From assembly GCA_044892525.1 (NCBI GenBank), contig CM097885.1, positions 50,222,001 through 50,286,000 on the forward strand: a DNA stretch of 64,000 nucleotides, in the 5' to 3' direction. Source of the DNA: Schmidtea polychroa (lineage: Eukaryota). Under the pieces are notes generated by a model. The model was not told the DNA's origin. It saw only the letters and a list, made by a program, of their open reading frames with translations, and made no database searches. Every line of letters begins with the position of its first letter. Within the stretch, counting starts at the first letter, position 1. Made by a program: the position numbers and the translations under genes. Shown here piece after piece: positions 42,626 through 53,953 of this stretch.

Positions 42626-44431
42626 CTACATAACTACTGTTGGGCTAGAACTGATTTCTAGACCCAAAAACTCAGTTCGTGACAAAATGTGTCGGTACAC
42701 AACATGCAACTCAGCATTAAGTTTATTTAAAATCAAAACATATAAAGCATCTTTTAAACAATAATAATAAAGAGAACCAAACAAAAAAGTTATAACATCT
42801 AAATAAAAATAAAATAAAAAACACAGCAAGAAGTAATGCACAAAATCGGACTCAAATACAAATGAGAAACATAAAACAACCAAAGACGAATCCGAATAAA
42901 GGCGATTTAAAAAATATAAAAAGAAAATTAAATAAAAAGTTCATAAAAGTCGTACTGAGAGAAAATTATAGAAACATTTTGACTAAAAACCAAAAACAAT
43001 CCATAAAAAGAGCGAAATCCATCATGGTCGCTAAACGACCTAATAAAAGTTATAAAAATTAAATACTTTAGTTAAAATATAAAAATTTTAAGAAAAAATT
43101 TGCAGAAAACAATTTAAAAATTAAGTATTAGATTAAATTTAACATGGAATGTTCTGGAAATGCCCAAATCCATCATGGGTGCAAATTTAATAAAAATCAA
43201 TTTCAAAATAGAATTTTGAAAAATAAAACAAAGATTTTACGAATAAATCACCACGAAAATTGATAAAAATTAAAAAAGGAAAGTTCTAAAATAAAAATAA
43301 TTCGGATTTGTTTTACTGCACTAATGCATACACACAAACTCGCACACCGAAAACCAGGTATAAATACTGACGCAATTTGGTCACAAAATACTCTTTATAC
43401 CAATAAAAGAAAAACACCGAATTTCGCAAAGTTGTGCTGAGAATTTGCATACCTGTTTTAAATCTGCCCATTTTTGTGAGACAGCATTTTTGCATTTGAA
43501 AATAGTTAAATCGAAATATCGTAACTGTTTCACGGACGAACATTTGGATTTAAGTTTAAGAAACTGCATAAGTACGTACACCCCTAACTACAAAAACATT
43601 GTTAATGCAATGCCTGGACAGAACATCCAATGCAGCAGAAAGTTTAAAATAATTTTTTGTTTTGTTTTCACATTTGATTTTTACCATAATCTGTTTTTAT
43701 TTTAATTTTTCTCTTGTTATTAATATTACATTCCTGTACAAAACTAAAGATTAAAAAGTCCAAAATTACGAATAAATAATTAATTTTAATTAATACAGGT
43801 TAATCAGCCAAAAATTTTCTATTTAAAGAAAATTTTTAAATTTACTCCTTAAAAAGAGTGAAATATAATTTGTTATGTGGATTATAATTCCTTAAGTGTT
43901 CTAAAATCACGTTCCTAATGGCCACATAGGCCTACAATATGAAAAGTAGATCTTAGGAAAAAATCAGGGGGCACCATTGCTTTAAATTGCCCTAGTTACA
44001 TTGTAAAATTAATATAGAAGTAACCGAAGTAACGCATGTTATTTTTATACAACTGCAAACTGCCCGAGATATAATCGCCAGTAACACTTACCCGAGTTAC
44101 GCTTGGACATGTGCGTTAAGCGGTTAATAGTCCTTAAACCTCACAAGTTTACCTGCCCAAATTATCTCAAAACTTAAATTCTAGCAAAAATGGTCCTAAA
44201 AATATGATAATCGAATAAATACCCATCCAAATCTCGATGAAACTCCTTTATTAATTCTGGCATATTTCCCTTGTTATTTTCTAAAAATCATTAAATAAAG
44301 CGCATATTGAAAATTTGAAATATCATTTCCATATCTCTAATATCTACAGTCACAATATAAAAAATTGAGAAAAAATATTAAATAGGTATTATAGTTTAAA
44401 ACAAAATAAATTAATTATAAAATTTTCAGTG

Positions 44432-46357
44432 TCACCACCCAATTGGAATATTAAGCTTGTTATTTGTGAATTTCAACCATTTGTATAACGGGTCAAAGAA
44501 TCTCAATAAGGATTCTGATTTTATTTCTGTGGTGCCTGTTAGTATTTTCATTGTTTTTTTCCAATGCTGACTCTTTCCTTTTGAAAGCATTTCTATTAAT
44601 TTTAGTCCAGCTTCTTTTGATTGATAAAAATCGCATCGGTGCAGGGCTCCCTTATAACCGCTAATATTACACATAGATTCATAAAATTGAAACTGAACCA
44701 AGAAGCTAACAAAGTATCGAATATAAGGTACACCAAAAGCTATGTGATATTTTGCACCAGGATCAAAATCGTCTTCTGTTCTTTTAACTGGTGGCATTAA
44801 ACCTTGATATCTGTAGCGTAAATCCCACCAATGTTTATTCACTTCTGACAAAGGAACTGATCCATTATATAATCCCCATATATAACTATCCATTGTCAAA
44901 GCAAATGGTAAAAATGCGACTTTTTCTAAAGCTGTTGCCATTAGATAGTCAATGTCAAAATCCTTCGAGTCTGGAACTTGAGATATTAAGCCAATTTTAT
45001 GAAGATGTTCTGGTGTTTTCACTGCCAATGCGATGGTATCACCGATAGCTTCATGGAAACCTGAATTTGCAGAACCTCGATATATAATTGGCAAATGACT
45101 GTAGGCCATATAATATTCAATATGACCCATCTCATGATGTATAGTAGTGAAATCTACAATGTTTTTCTCTGTACACATCTTTATTCGAAAATCTACTCCA
45201 TTTGATAAATCATGAGCTGACCCATGGCAGTTCACGACCTTATCCCGAGGCTTACTCAACATACTTCTTTCCCAGAATTCATCAGTCATCTTAAACATTC
45301 CCATGGATTCATAGAATTCTTCAGCAATCGTAAACATTTGTTCAACAGGCATTTTGGATAGTTTTTCCGTAGCTTCTTCTTGATAATTGGCAGCAGATAA
45401 TTTTTCTCCACACTCACGAATTATGGGAAATATATTTGTCCACTGTTGTGCCCACACATTTCCAAAAATATGAGCCGGAATCGGTCCTGATTTATCAAAT
45501 TTTCCTGGGTAAAATTTATTAAGACAATATCTCACATAGCCATGTAATTCTTTATAAAGTGGAAGAATATCGTCATAAAGTTTTAATACAGTACTTTTAA
45601 AATGATCATCTTCAAAATCAAACCTTAAACCAAAGGTTGCAGCATCTTCATGGCCGTTTTCTCTCGATCCGATATTTTCTAGTACCATTCTTCTAAGAAA
45701 TAAATCTTTTATCTTTGCTCCCGTAACATTTCTCCATGCCGTCCAGTAGCCGACCAATTTATCGTAATTCTTCTCTTCCTTGAATAATTTGACGATTCCC
45801 GATTCACCAACTTCCAAACATTTATTATAACAAGGTTTCGCATTATTGTAAATAGAAGAAATATCATTACTGATTTGAATGAGTTCTTGAATTAAAGATT
45901 CATTTTCACTCCGAATAGACGCTGTTTGCAGGCGAAATTTCCTTCGAAGCTCTGGAGATTTAAAAGATTTCCAGAGGAATTTTTTCGATTTTTTTTTGAA
46001 TTTCAATCCGATTTTTGATCCTATTTTTTGGAATTTCTTTTTCAATTCTAGATTCTTTTTGTTAATATCTGTTGAATATTTGAAATGAACGTTGCCAAAA
46101 CGATTTCTATTTCTAATGGATATTTCGTTGACTTTATCCAACCATGACTTTGCGCACTTCTCATCGGCATACTCATCGCATACATTCGGAAATTCTTCCA
46201 AGTCTGTCAAATGATAATAGCTGTCGAAAACCGATGATTCAGGAGGCTCAGATTCGTCGTCGAAATTTATTTCATCTTTTGTTTCCGAGAAAAATCTTTC
46301 TCCACTATGGACAAAATGAATTAAAACAACAATCAAAATGGTTAACTTGAAAACCAT
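44432..46357 (-). CDS. ACE: ACE-like peptidyl-dipeptidase (M2), copy 3 (641 aa)
   Basis: Intact intronless ORF with HEMGH, EAIGD, KYH, PYIRYF. Confidence 0.96.
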   Translation of the reverse strand: MVFKLTILIVVLIHFVHSGERFFSETKDEINFDDESEPPESSVFDSYYHLTDLEEFPNVCDEYADEKCAKSWLDKVNEISIRNRNRFGNVHFKYSTDINKKNLELKKKFQKIGSKIGLKFKKKSKKFLWKSFKSPELRRKFRLQTASIRSENESLIQELIQISNDISSIYNNAKPCYNKCLEVGESGIVKLFKEEKNYDKLVGYWTAWRNVTGAKIKDLFLRRMVLENIGSRENGHEDAATFGLRFDFEDDHFKSTVLKLYDDILPLYKELHGYVRYCLNKFYPGKFDKSGPIPAHIFGNVWAQQWTNIFPIIRECGEKLSAANYQEEATEKLSKMPVEQMFTIAEEFYESMGMFKMTDEFWERSMLSKPRDKVVNCHGSAHDLSNGVDFRIKMCTEKNIVDFTTIHHEMGHIEYYMAYSHLPIIYRGSANSGFHEAIGDTIALAVKTPEHLHKIGLISQVPDSKDFDIDYLMATALEKVAFLPFALTMDSYIWGLYNGSVPLSEVNKHWWDLRYRYQGLMPPVKRTEDDFDPGAKYHIAFGVPYIRYFVSFLVQFQFYESMCNISGYKGALHRCDFYQSKEAGLKLIEMLSKGKSQHWKKTMKILTGTTEIKSESLLRFFDPLYKWLKFTNNKLNIPIGW

Positions 46358-46895
46358 TTTTTGTTTAAAATGAGAGATATCAACTTAACTATAAGATGTA
46401 TATATGTTACGAGCAACAATCAGACAACAATCAGAGCCTACCACACATTTGATCAGTCATTGTTATATTTGGTTATGAATAAATATATTTCTATCACAAT
46501 TTCAACACATTTTAGCACACTTAAAATCAATGTTTTTCTACAATGTATTTTTGAATGCTTTTTAATAATTGAAAATTATTTATAATATTATAAATTAAAT
46601 CTAAAAATATTCAGTAAATTAACGGAAAAGTAGTTTAAATACAAAAATAATTGTAATACTATTTCGATTAATAAAATTTCCGAAAATTTTCAAAGAGAAA
46701 AAATCAATATTTTGAAAATTTTATAAAAATATTTTTCAAATAAAAGTTTTAGAATTTTGTTTTAAAAATATTTTTCAATTTTAAACTTATTATGTATTTT
46801 TATTAGTATTCATTTTTTATTTTACATTTATTAATTTTATTTGTAAAATTTTGATGTTAAATTGTAACAAAGTAAATTTAATTAAATTTAATATA

Positions 46896-46897
<2 letters not shown>

Positions 46898-46942
<45 letters not shown>
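46898..46942. repeat. (AT)n microsatellite
   Basis: Dinucleotide tract. Confidence 0.95.
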
Positions 46943-46945
<3 letters not shown>

Positions 46946-46947
46946 TA

Positions 46948-47285
46948 TGTTGGGTTATTGTGTTGGTGTTTATTAATTCACAATTCAACACTCTCGAACA
47001 CGATAAGCTTTGTACAAATTTCATTTACAACCAATTAACTATAAACCAATTTATCACACAGACACTACGTGAAGAATAGGCCTTTCTGTAATCACAACAA
47101 TAGTCACTAGCCGTCAACTACTCAATTACAGGATACGTTGATCGATTGTTCTATTTGCTTTGACCACACAATTTATTTACTCCACTTCCACTTTATATTC
47201 AATTTCACAAATGATTCTCGTCACTTCACGTTTAACTCTGTTTTTGATTCTCCTTTTTAACTCTGTTCGTCTCTACTTTTGCTCT
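46948..47285 (-). mobile_element. Truncated LTR
   Basis: Starts TGTTGGGTTATTG (reverse complement of the LTR 3' end); matches 22966-23320. Confidence 0.8.
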
Positions 47286-47286
47286 A

Positions 47287-49110
47287 AAAAAACAAAAGAG
47301 ATATCAGACTTTGTTTAGATTTTAGACAGCTTAATAAGATTACTGAAAGACAAGCTTTTCCTATGCCGAATGTAGAAGTTCTAAATACATTACATGGATC
47401 TAAGTACTTTAGTTCTATAGACCTTGGGAACGCTTATTATCAGGTGAAATTGGACATAGAATCGCAAGAAAAGACAGCATTTTCTACTAAAGAAGGGAAA
47501 TTTTGTTTTAATAAAATGCCTTTTGGCATTGCAGCGGCACCGGACACATTCCAAGAATTAATGACAAAAATATTAAAGGATCTATGGGGTTATTATGGTG
47601 TATTTAGACGATATTTTAATTTTTACAAGAACAATTGAAGAACATTACAATGTGTTTGGAAAAGTTCTAGAGAAAATAAGGGTAGCTAAATTGAGAATCA
47701 ACCCAGGAAAATATCAGTTATTAAAGAGCGAAGTAAAGTTTTCAGGGCACATTATTAACAGTCAGGGGATTCGGACAGATCAAAGTAAAATTGAAGCTAT
47801 TAAATCATTTCAGAGGCCTAAGTGTATAAAGAATTTGAGAAGCTTTTTAGGTATATGTAACTATTATCGGAGATTTATTAAGGAATATGCAACAAAATCA
47901 AGAGCGCTAGAAAGCATATGTGGAAGCAATAGTGAAAAAAATAATCTGGACTGAGGAATGTGAGAAAGCTTTCGAAGAAATGAAAATGGCGTTGACTACA
48001 GTGCCAATTCTCGTATTTCAAGATTTCAAGAAAGAATTCATATTAGATACAGACGCAAGCCTTGATACAATTGGAGCTGTACTATCACAAAGAGATGAAA
48101 TGGGGCATGAACACGTTATTGCATATGGATCCCATGTAATGAGTAGCCATGAAAGAGGATATTGTATAACACGAAAAGAGCTTTTGGCTATATATTATTT
48201 CTGTCGCCATTTCAACCTTTATTTATATGGTAAACGGTTTGTTTTGCGCACTGATCATAAAGCAATAACTTTTATGTACCCGACAAAGAAGCCTATAACA
48301 GCACAGTTCCAAACGTGGATAAATTACTTGAGCAGTTTAGACATAAAAATGGAGTTTAGAAAAGGTACGGGCACACGAATGCAGGTATGCTATCTAGAAA
48401 TACATGCGGCAAATGTGTACAGTGTTTGATGGACCATGATAATCCCAAATCAGGGCGATTAAAAACTAGATTGTTAACATTGATGACCGAAAATAATGGA
48501 AATGAATGGCAAAGAGATAATGTAGAAATACAAGATATAAAAGATCAAATAAATGAAAGGAAAAATAATAAATATATATTAAAAGGAAATATTATCTATA
48601 CCAATCAAAACAAAATATGGATACCAGAAACAAAAAGACGATAAATGATTAAGGAAATAAATTTATTATTATGCCACGTAGGAGTAGAAAAAGTTATGAA
48701 ATATATTAGGAACAATTTTGATATGGAAGATTTGCTAAATGAAGTAAAAGAGACTATTTCAATATGTGAAGCATGTCAGAAAGACAAAGTTTTAACTACA
48801 AAGTTAAAAGAAAAAACCCAAGTAATTCAAGCTTCAGAACCTATGGAGAAAATATACATGGATATTTGCGGTCCATTAAGAGAAACCTTCTGAGGAGAAA
48901 AATATATTTGTGCAATAATCGATTGTTACAGTAAATACATATCTCTAACTCCTATTAGAAAGCAAGATGAAAATGCAATAAAGGCAGTTTTGTTAAATAA
49001 TTGGATATTGAAATTTGGAGCCCCTAAGGAATTACATGTTGATTATGGGAAGAATTTCGAAGCAAATGGTATTAAAGAACTAGCAAAGGCAGCAAGAATT
49101 GAGTTGATAG
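47287..49110 (+). pseudogene. pol: Gypsy pol fragment (RT-RH-IN)
   Basis: RLCLDFRQLN, DLGNAYYQV, YLDD, LDTDAS, RTDHKA, CEAC, MDICGPL; same lineage as 8623-14494. Confidence 0.92.
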
Positions 49111-52045
49111 TCATGATTGTCCCTTTTGTTTATCATATACTTCAACTCTTGAAATGAGAGAAAAGCATGAAAGACTTTGTAATACACCACCATTAATTAA
49201 AATGCCACAAATTAAAGATTCCAAAATGTATTTTAAAAATCTAATAGAGGAATATCAAAATATTTTAATAAAAAATAATTTGGAAGAATTATTTGACCAA
49301 TATCATGATGAAGAATCCAAAATTCCATTACTAGAACAACTTAAAGACTTTAATTTCCATTAAAAAATCGTATACATTTCCATTGGTTCAACAAATACCA
49401 TCAGCATTTTGTTTATATTTTAAACTATCCAGATTTGATTGAATCAAGGGAAATATTTTAGAGGGGAGAAGTTTGTCTTGATAAGTCTGTTGAAAATATT
49501 TTAATGATTTAGAATATAAATTATTTAAAATATTACAAATAGATTATAAATTAAACATGACCAGAAAAACAGAATCAAAATTTAGAAAAACAACAAAATG
49601 TTGGATGTGTAATAAATCTTTTCCTGATTTATATGAAAAGGTAAGAGATCGTGATCATTTCATTCAAAAGAATAATTACAGAAGATCAGCACATGAAACT
49701 TGTAATATAAAATGTAAAAAACCAAATTTCATATCTGTAATTTTTCATAATTTATTTGGTTATGATATTCATCTTTTCATAAAAAAATTAGCAAGAATTG
49801 CAAAATATTCTTTCAAAGTCATTTTTAAAAATAAAGAAAACTACAAATGTTTTGAATATGGTTGCTTAAAATTTATAGATTCATTTAATTTTATTGCATC
49901 AAGTTTAGATGGAATATCAAAAACTTTACCACTAAATGATTTTGAATATACAATAAAAAATGTTAGGAAGTAATATAATATTCAGGAAAAAGATTATAAA
50001 ATATGTTTGCTAAAAGGAATCTACCCATATGATTATGTAGATTCTTTTGAAAGGTATAATAGACAGGGCCGTAATAAGACATTATTGCGCCCCGTGCGGT
50101 TAATATATATCTGGCGCCCCTAAAACCCGAATTCAAATCAGCCTACTATAATAATTATACTATTCGTGTTGAGATTGTTAACTATGTATTCATCTCCAAC
50201 TATTATAATAGGTAGTAATGCTCTTAAAATTCTGTTGCTAATTGAAAAAATGACAGGAGCCCATTTTGTGGACTAACATTTTTCAAAATACACACCTACG
50301 AAGGCACGCTAATGGACCAGTCCAATCAGCAATGTTAAAGATAGGCTAGTTAGTGTGTTGTTTTTTTCGTGCAGGCCATTTGATAATTTCTTTTATTTAT
50401 ATTTTGTTATTTTTTGGTAACATTAAAAAAATGTTACATTCCAATTTTGCGCCCCTTTCAGATGTGCGCCCTGTGCGACTGCACCACTCGCACTACCCTT
50501 GTTACAGCCCTGATAATAGAAAACATTTACCAGTAATTGATAACTTTTAATCAATTTTAAACATGTCAAATATACCTCCACATGAATATGAAAGAGTAAA
50601 GAAAATATGTGAATTATTTAATTGTAAGATATGGTAGAATATATAGATCAAAAATCAGTACAAAATTAGATGTTTATATTTTCACAGATTGTTTTGAAAG
50701 TTTTATAAAAGGATTTAAATTAAACCCATGTAATCATATTTCGCTTCCATCCATGTCTTGGGATTTTGAATTTTATACAAATGGAATAGTTTTTGATTTA
50801 TTAACTTATGTGAACATGTTCTTCACAATAAAAATAATATTTGTGGAGGAATAAGTTCTGTAATGGGAAACAGACATGTTGAAGTTCATAATGAAAATTA
50901 TATTTATAGAAAATATGGAGATAAACCCTTTTATAAAATTAAAGATTATGAAGAATGTGGAAAAATAATGAAGTGTCTTTATCAAAAATCAGATTTTCTA
51001 TACATTTATGCAACAGCAATTTTATTCTGGATATCTTCAATATTCTTTATTTAGTTGGATTATTTAGTCCTATTAATGAAAAACCTTTGGAAGAAATATT
51101 AAAACTCCTAATGATTCTGATGTAGGATATTTTGTAGAAGTAGATTTGAATTATCCAGATAGTATTAAAAGAAAATCTATTCTTTTTCCATATGCTCTAA
51201 TAAAATAGACAATACAACCTGAAGAATTGATGGAATGGTAAAGAATAAAACAACCTGGAAAAGTAACTAAAATAGTTTGTGATCAAAATGATAAGAATTA
51301 TCTTGTTCATTATAGATTGTTAAAATTTTATATTCAACAAGAAATGGCAATCGGTAAACTTCATAGTATTATTTTTTAAAACAAGGACCTCTTATGAGAG
51401 ATTATATTATTATAGTAAAAAGAGCAGAAGCGAAAACTAATAAAGATGAACTTAAAGTAATGTTGTATAAATTATTAAATAATGCAGTCTTTGGAAAAAC
51501 AATGAAGAAAATAGATAATATATTCTTTTGTTAATAAATCTGGATAAAGAAAAAACTTGGAAAGATTTTATCAAGACCAAGATTTAAAGATGCAGTAAAA
51601 TTTTCTGATGATTTGATTGCTGTTGACAAACGAAACTATGTGAAAAATATAACAAACCCATAAGCTTGGAATTTAGTATTCTCAAATTATCAAAACTTCA
51701 AATGCATGAAACATTTTATAATATTCTTTTACCACATTTTGAAAATAGAACTTCAATGCATGCTATGGTTACCGATTCCATGTTTATAAAAATGGATAGA
51801 ATTCCAGACTATAAAAGTTTTATGAAGAAATTGAATCAATTCAAAAATTAAAATCATTTATAAATACAAGTAGTGATCTTTGTACTTGTTTGAAACCAAA
51901 TTCTGAAAAAAACAGGTATCATTTATAATTTCAATTCTAAAAATCATAACATGTTATTACAAGAATCATACAAATCTTCCTTGAAAAATAATGATGATAA
52001 AAGATGTATTTTGTCTGATTTAACTACTACACTTTCTCATGGAAA
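49111..52045 (+). pseudogene. polB: Polinton/Maverick protein-primed family B DNA polymerase relic
   Basis: KCWMC..KVRDRDH, FHNLFGYD, KGIYPYDY, GGISSV, KLLNNAVFGK, VTDS, DDKR; stops and frameshifts. Confidence 0.9.
50064..50512. mobile_element. hAT-type MITE inserted in polB
   Basis: TIR CAGGGCCGTAA / TTACAGCCCTG; perfect TSD ATAATAGA (50056-50063, 50513-50520); excision restores ERYNR-KHLP. Confidence 0.94.
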
Positions 52046-52344
52046 TGATTTGGTTGAAATTATACAAGAAAAAAATGATTTGGAAATGTATAATGATTAT
52101 TTATTTCACTTGTTATAACTCCGCACCACTTTTTATCTTACGTGTTTCGATTTATTACAGGGTTTGTAAAAATATCAAGAATATTTGCATTGGTTCCCTA
52201 GTCTATGAATTTTTCCGAGAATTATTTCCAAGAATTTTCCAATAATTATTTTATATGAATTTTCCAAGGACCCAAGTAGTGAGTATATAGTGCATGTGAG
52301 CCTCAGGGCGAAAGACTTTAATATCCACTGGTTTAATATTGATG

Positions 52345-53040
52345 CTGTTGTTTTTTCATCTTGAGAATTAGTGGCATGTAATGAAATATATTTGCTATAT
52401 TGATCAATTATTGCTAATATATATTTCTTTTGTATATATTATTTCCAAAAGGTCCATAAAGATAAACTCAAATAATTCAACTTTTCTGGGGTTTTTATAT
52501 CTTCCTTAGTTCTCTTCGTGACAACTTTTCTCTGAAAGTTTTCACACCTTTGAATTACTTCTCTTATTATATTCGACATCTCTTTCACTGCATATTGTTT
52601 TCTATGTACTTCATTACTTTATTACACCCGCATGACATAATCATCTTGTGTCATAATTCAAAATGAATTATTGTCTTTTGTTTTCTGATATCCATATTTT
52701 ATCATTATCAGTTTTCACAATTCCCTTTTCCGCGCAAAATTTGAAATTCCCAATTTTACTTATTTTACCACTTAGTATATCTGTTATCTCGATTGACTGG
52801 TTTTGCCATACGTTTTCACTGTCATCGACCATCATCGAAAGTATTCTAGCCTTAAGTTTCCCTATTTTCGGATCAGCATGTATCATTTGGCATTGTATAC
52901 TTGTTGCACATTCACTTCTTGACATAGTATCCGCATTCGTGTGAATATCTCCCTTTTTGTACTGTAAATCGATATCCAGACTGCTTAAATAATTTATCCA
53001 CGTTTGAAATTGAGAGGTTAATGGTTTCTTTGTCTTTTTT
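52345..53040 (-). pseudogene. pol: Gypsy pol fragment (RH end to IN start)
   Basis: KKPLTSQFQTWINYLSSLDI...NADTMSR. Confidence 0.85.
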
Positions 53041-53953
53041 CCAACTAATTTCGTCAATCAGAGAAATTTAAAAATATTTCATATTCGACTGAAGACTACA
53101 AGAATCCTCCTACATATTTTTCACATATTTTTCAAACCCCAGTTAACTTGTCCGAACTTTCAGTGGTCAAGCATAACTCAATTAGTAAATTTTTATCACA
53201 TTTTTATGTTATGTAAATTATCGGCAAGAAACTTAGCACAAGTATGTAAAGTAAATAAAATGATTTTTGATCTATCAAGGTTTTGTGAAAGTGAGAGACA
53301 AGAATCAAGTTATTAAAAGCCTGAGATCACAATTCCGTGTACAAAATACCCTGAGACCCAGATACTACTTGCCATAGTGTATTCTTCACATTAACATCAC
53401 CTCTATGTCCCACCGCCGCACTTTATACAAAAAACCTGAAACTATAACCTCTATACAAAAGATATTTAGACCCAAATACTCATTTCCATATGCATAATTC
53501 ACGCTAATCAGGTGCCCCAGCAAACATAGAAAAATCCTTGACTTTAGAATTTACTATAGTGCATTCTTCTCACCGACAAAACTCCTGCGTTTTTGAGCGA
53601 CCCAAAATGTAGTTCAAATCCCTTTACAAAGATGGTTGATATATAGAGATTCCTTAATATAAATAGAGTTTCACATTGCTATGGATCCTGCCGTAGTTTC
53701 AGATTGACAATCCTGAGTTGTCGCCTTTTCAAATTGACATTTATTGCTGTAGGGAACCATTATATACCTAATACTAATTTTATATATCCTACTCCATAAA
53801 ACCGTAAACATTTGTTATTATTAGATAAAGCAATTTAGGAAAAGCAATGATAAAGAGCCAGTTAATTTTAAATAAATAGTTACCAAAATTGAAACAAAAA
53901 ACTCAAAATCATTTTGTTAAATGTTTGATTATAAATATGAATTATTTGTTTGG

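Noticed and set aside
43960..43985. Kolobok-like end (GGGGCACCATTGCT|TTAA)
   Set aside because: No partner end found
53320..53510. Degenerate tandem duplication of about 115 bp
   Set aside because: Weak similarity, no functional signal
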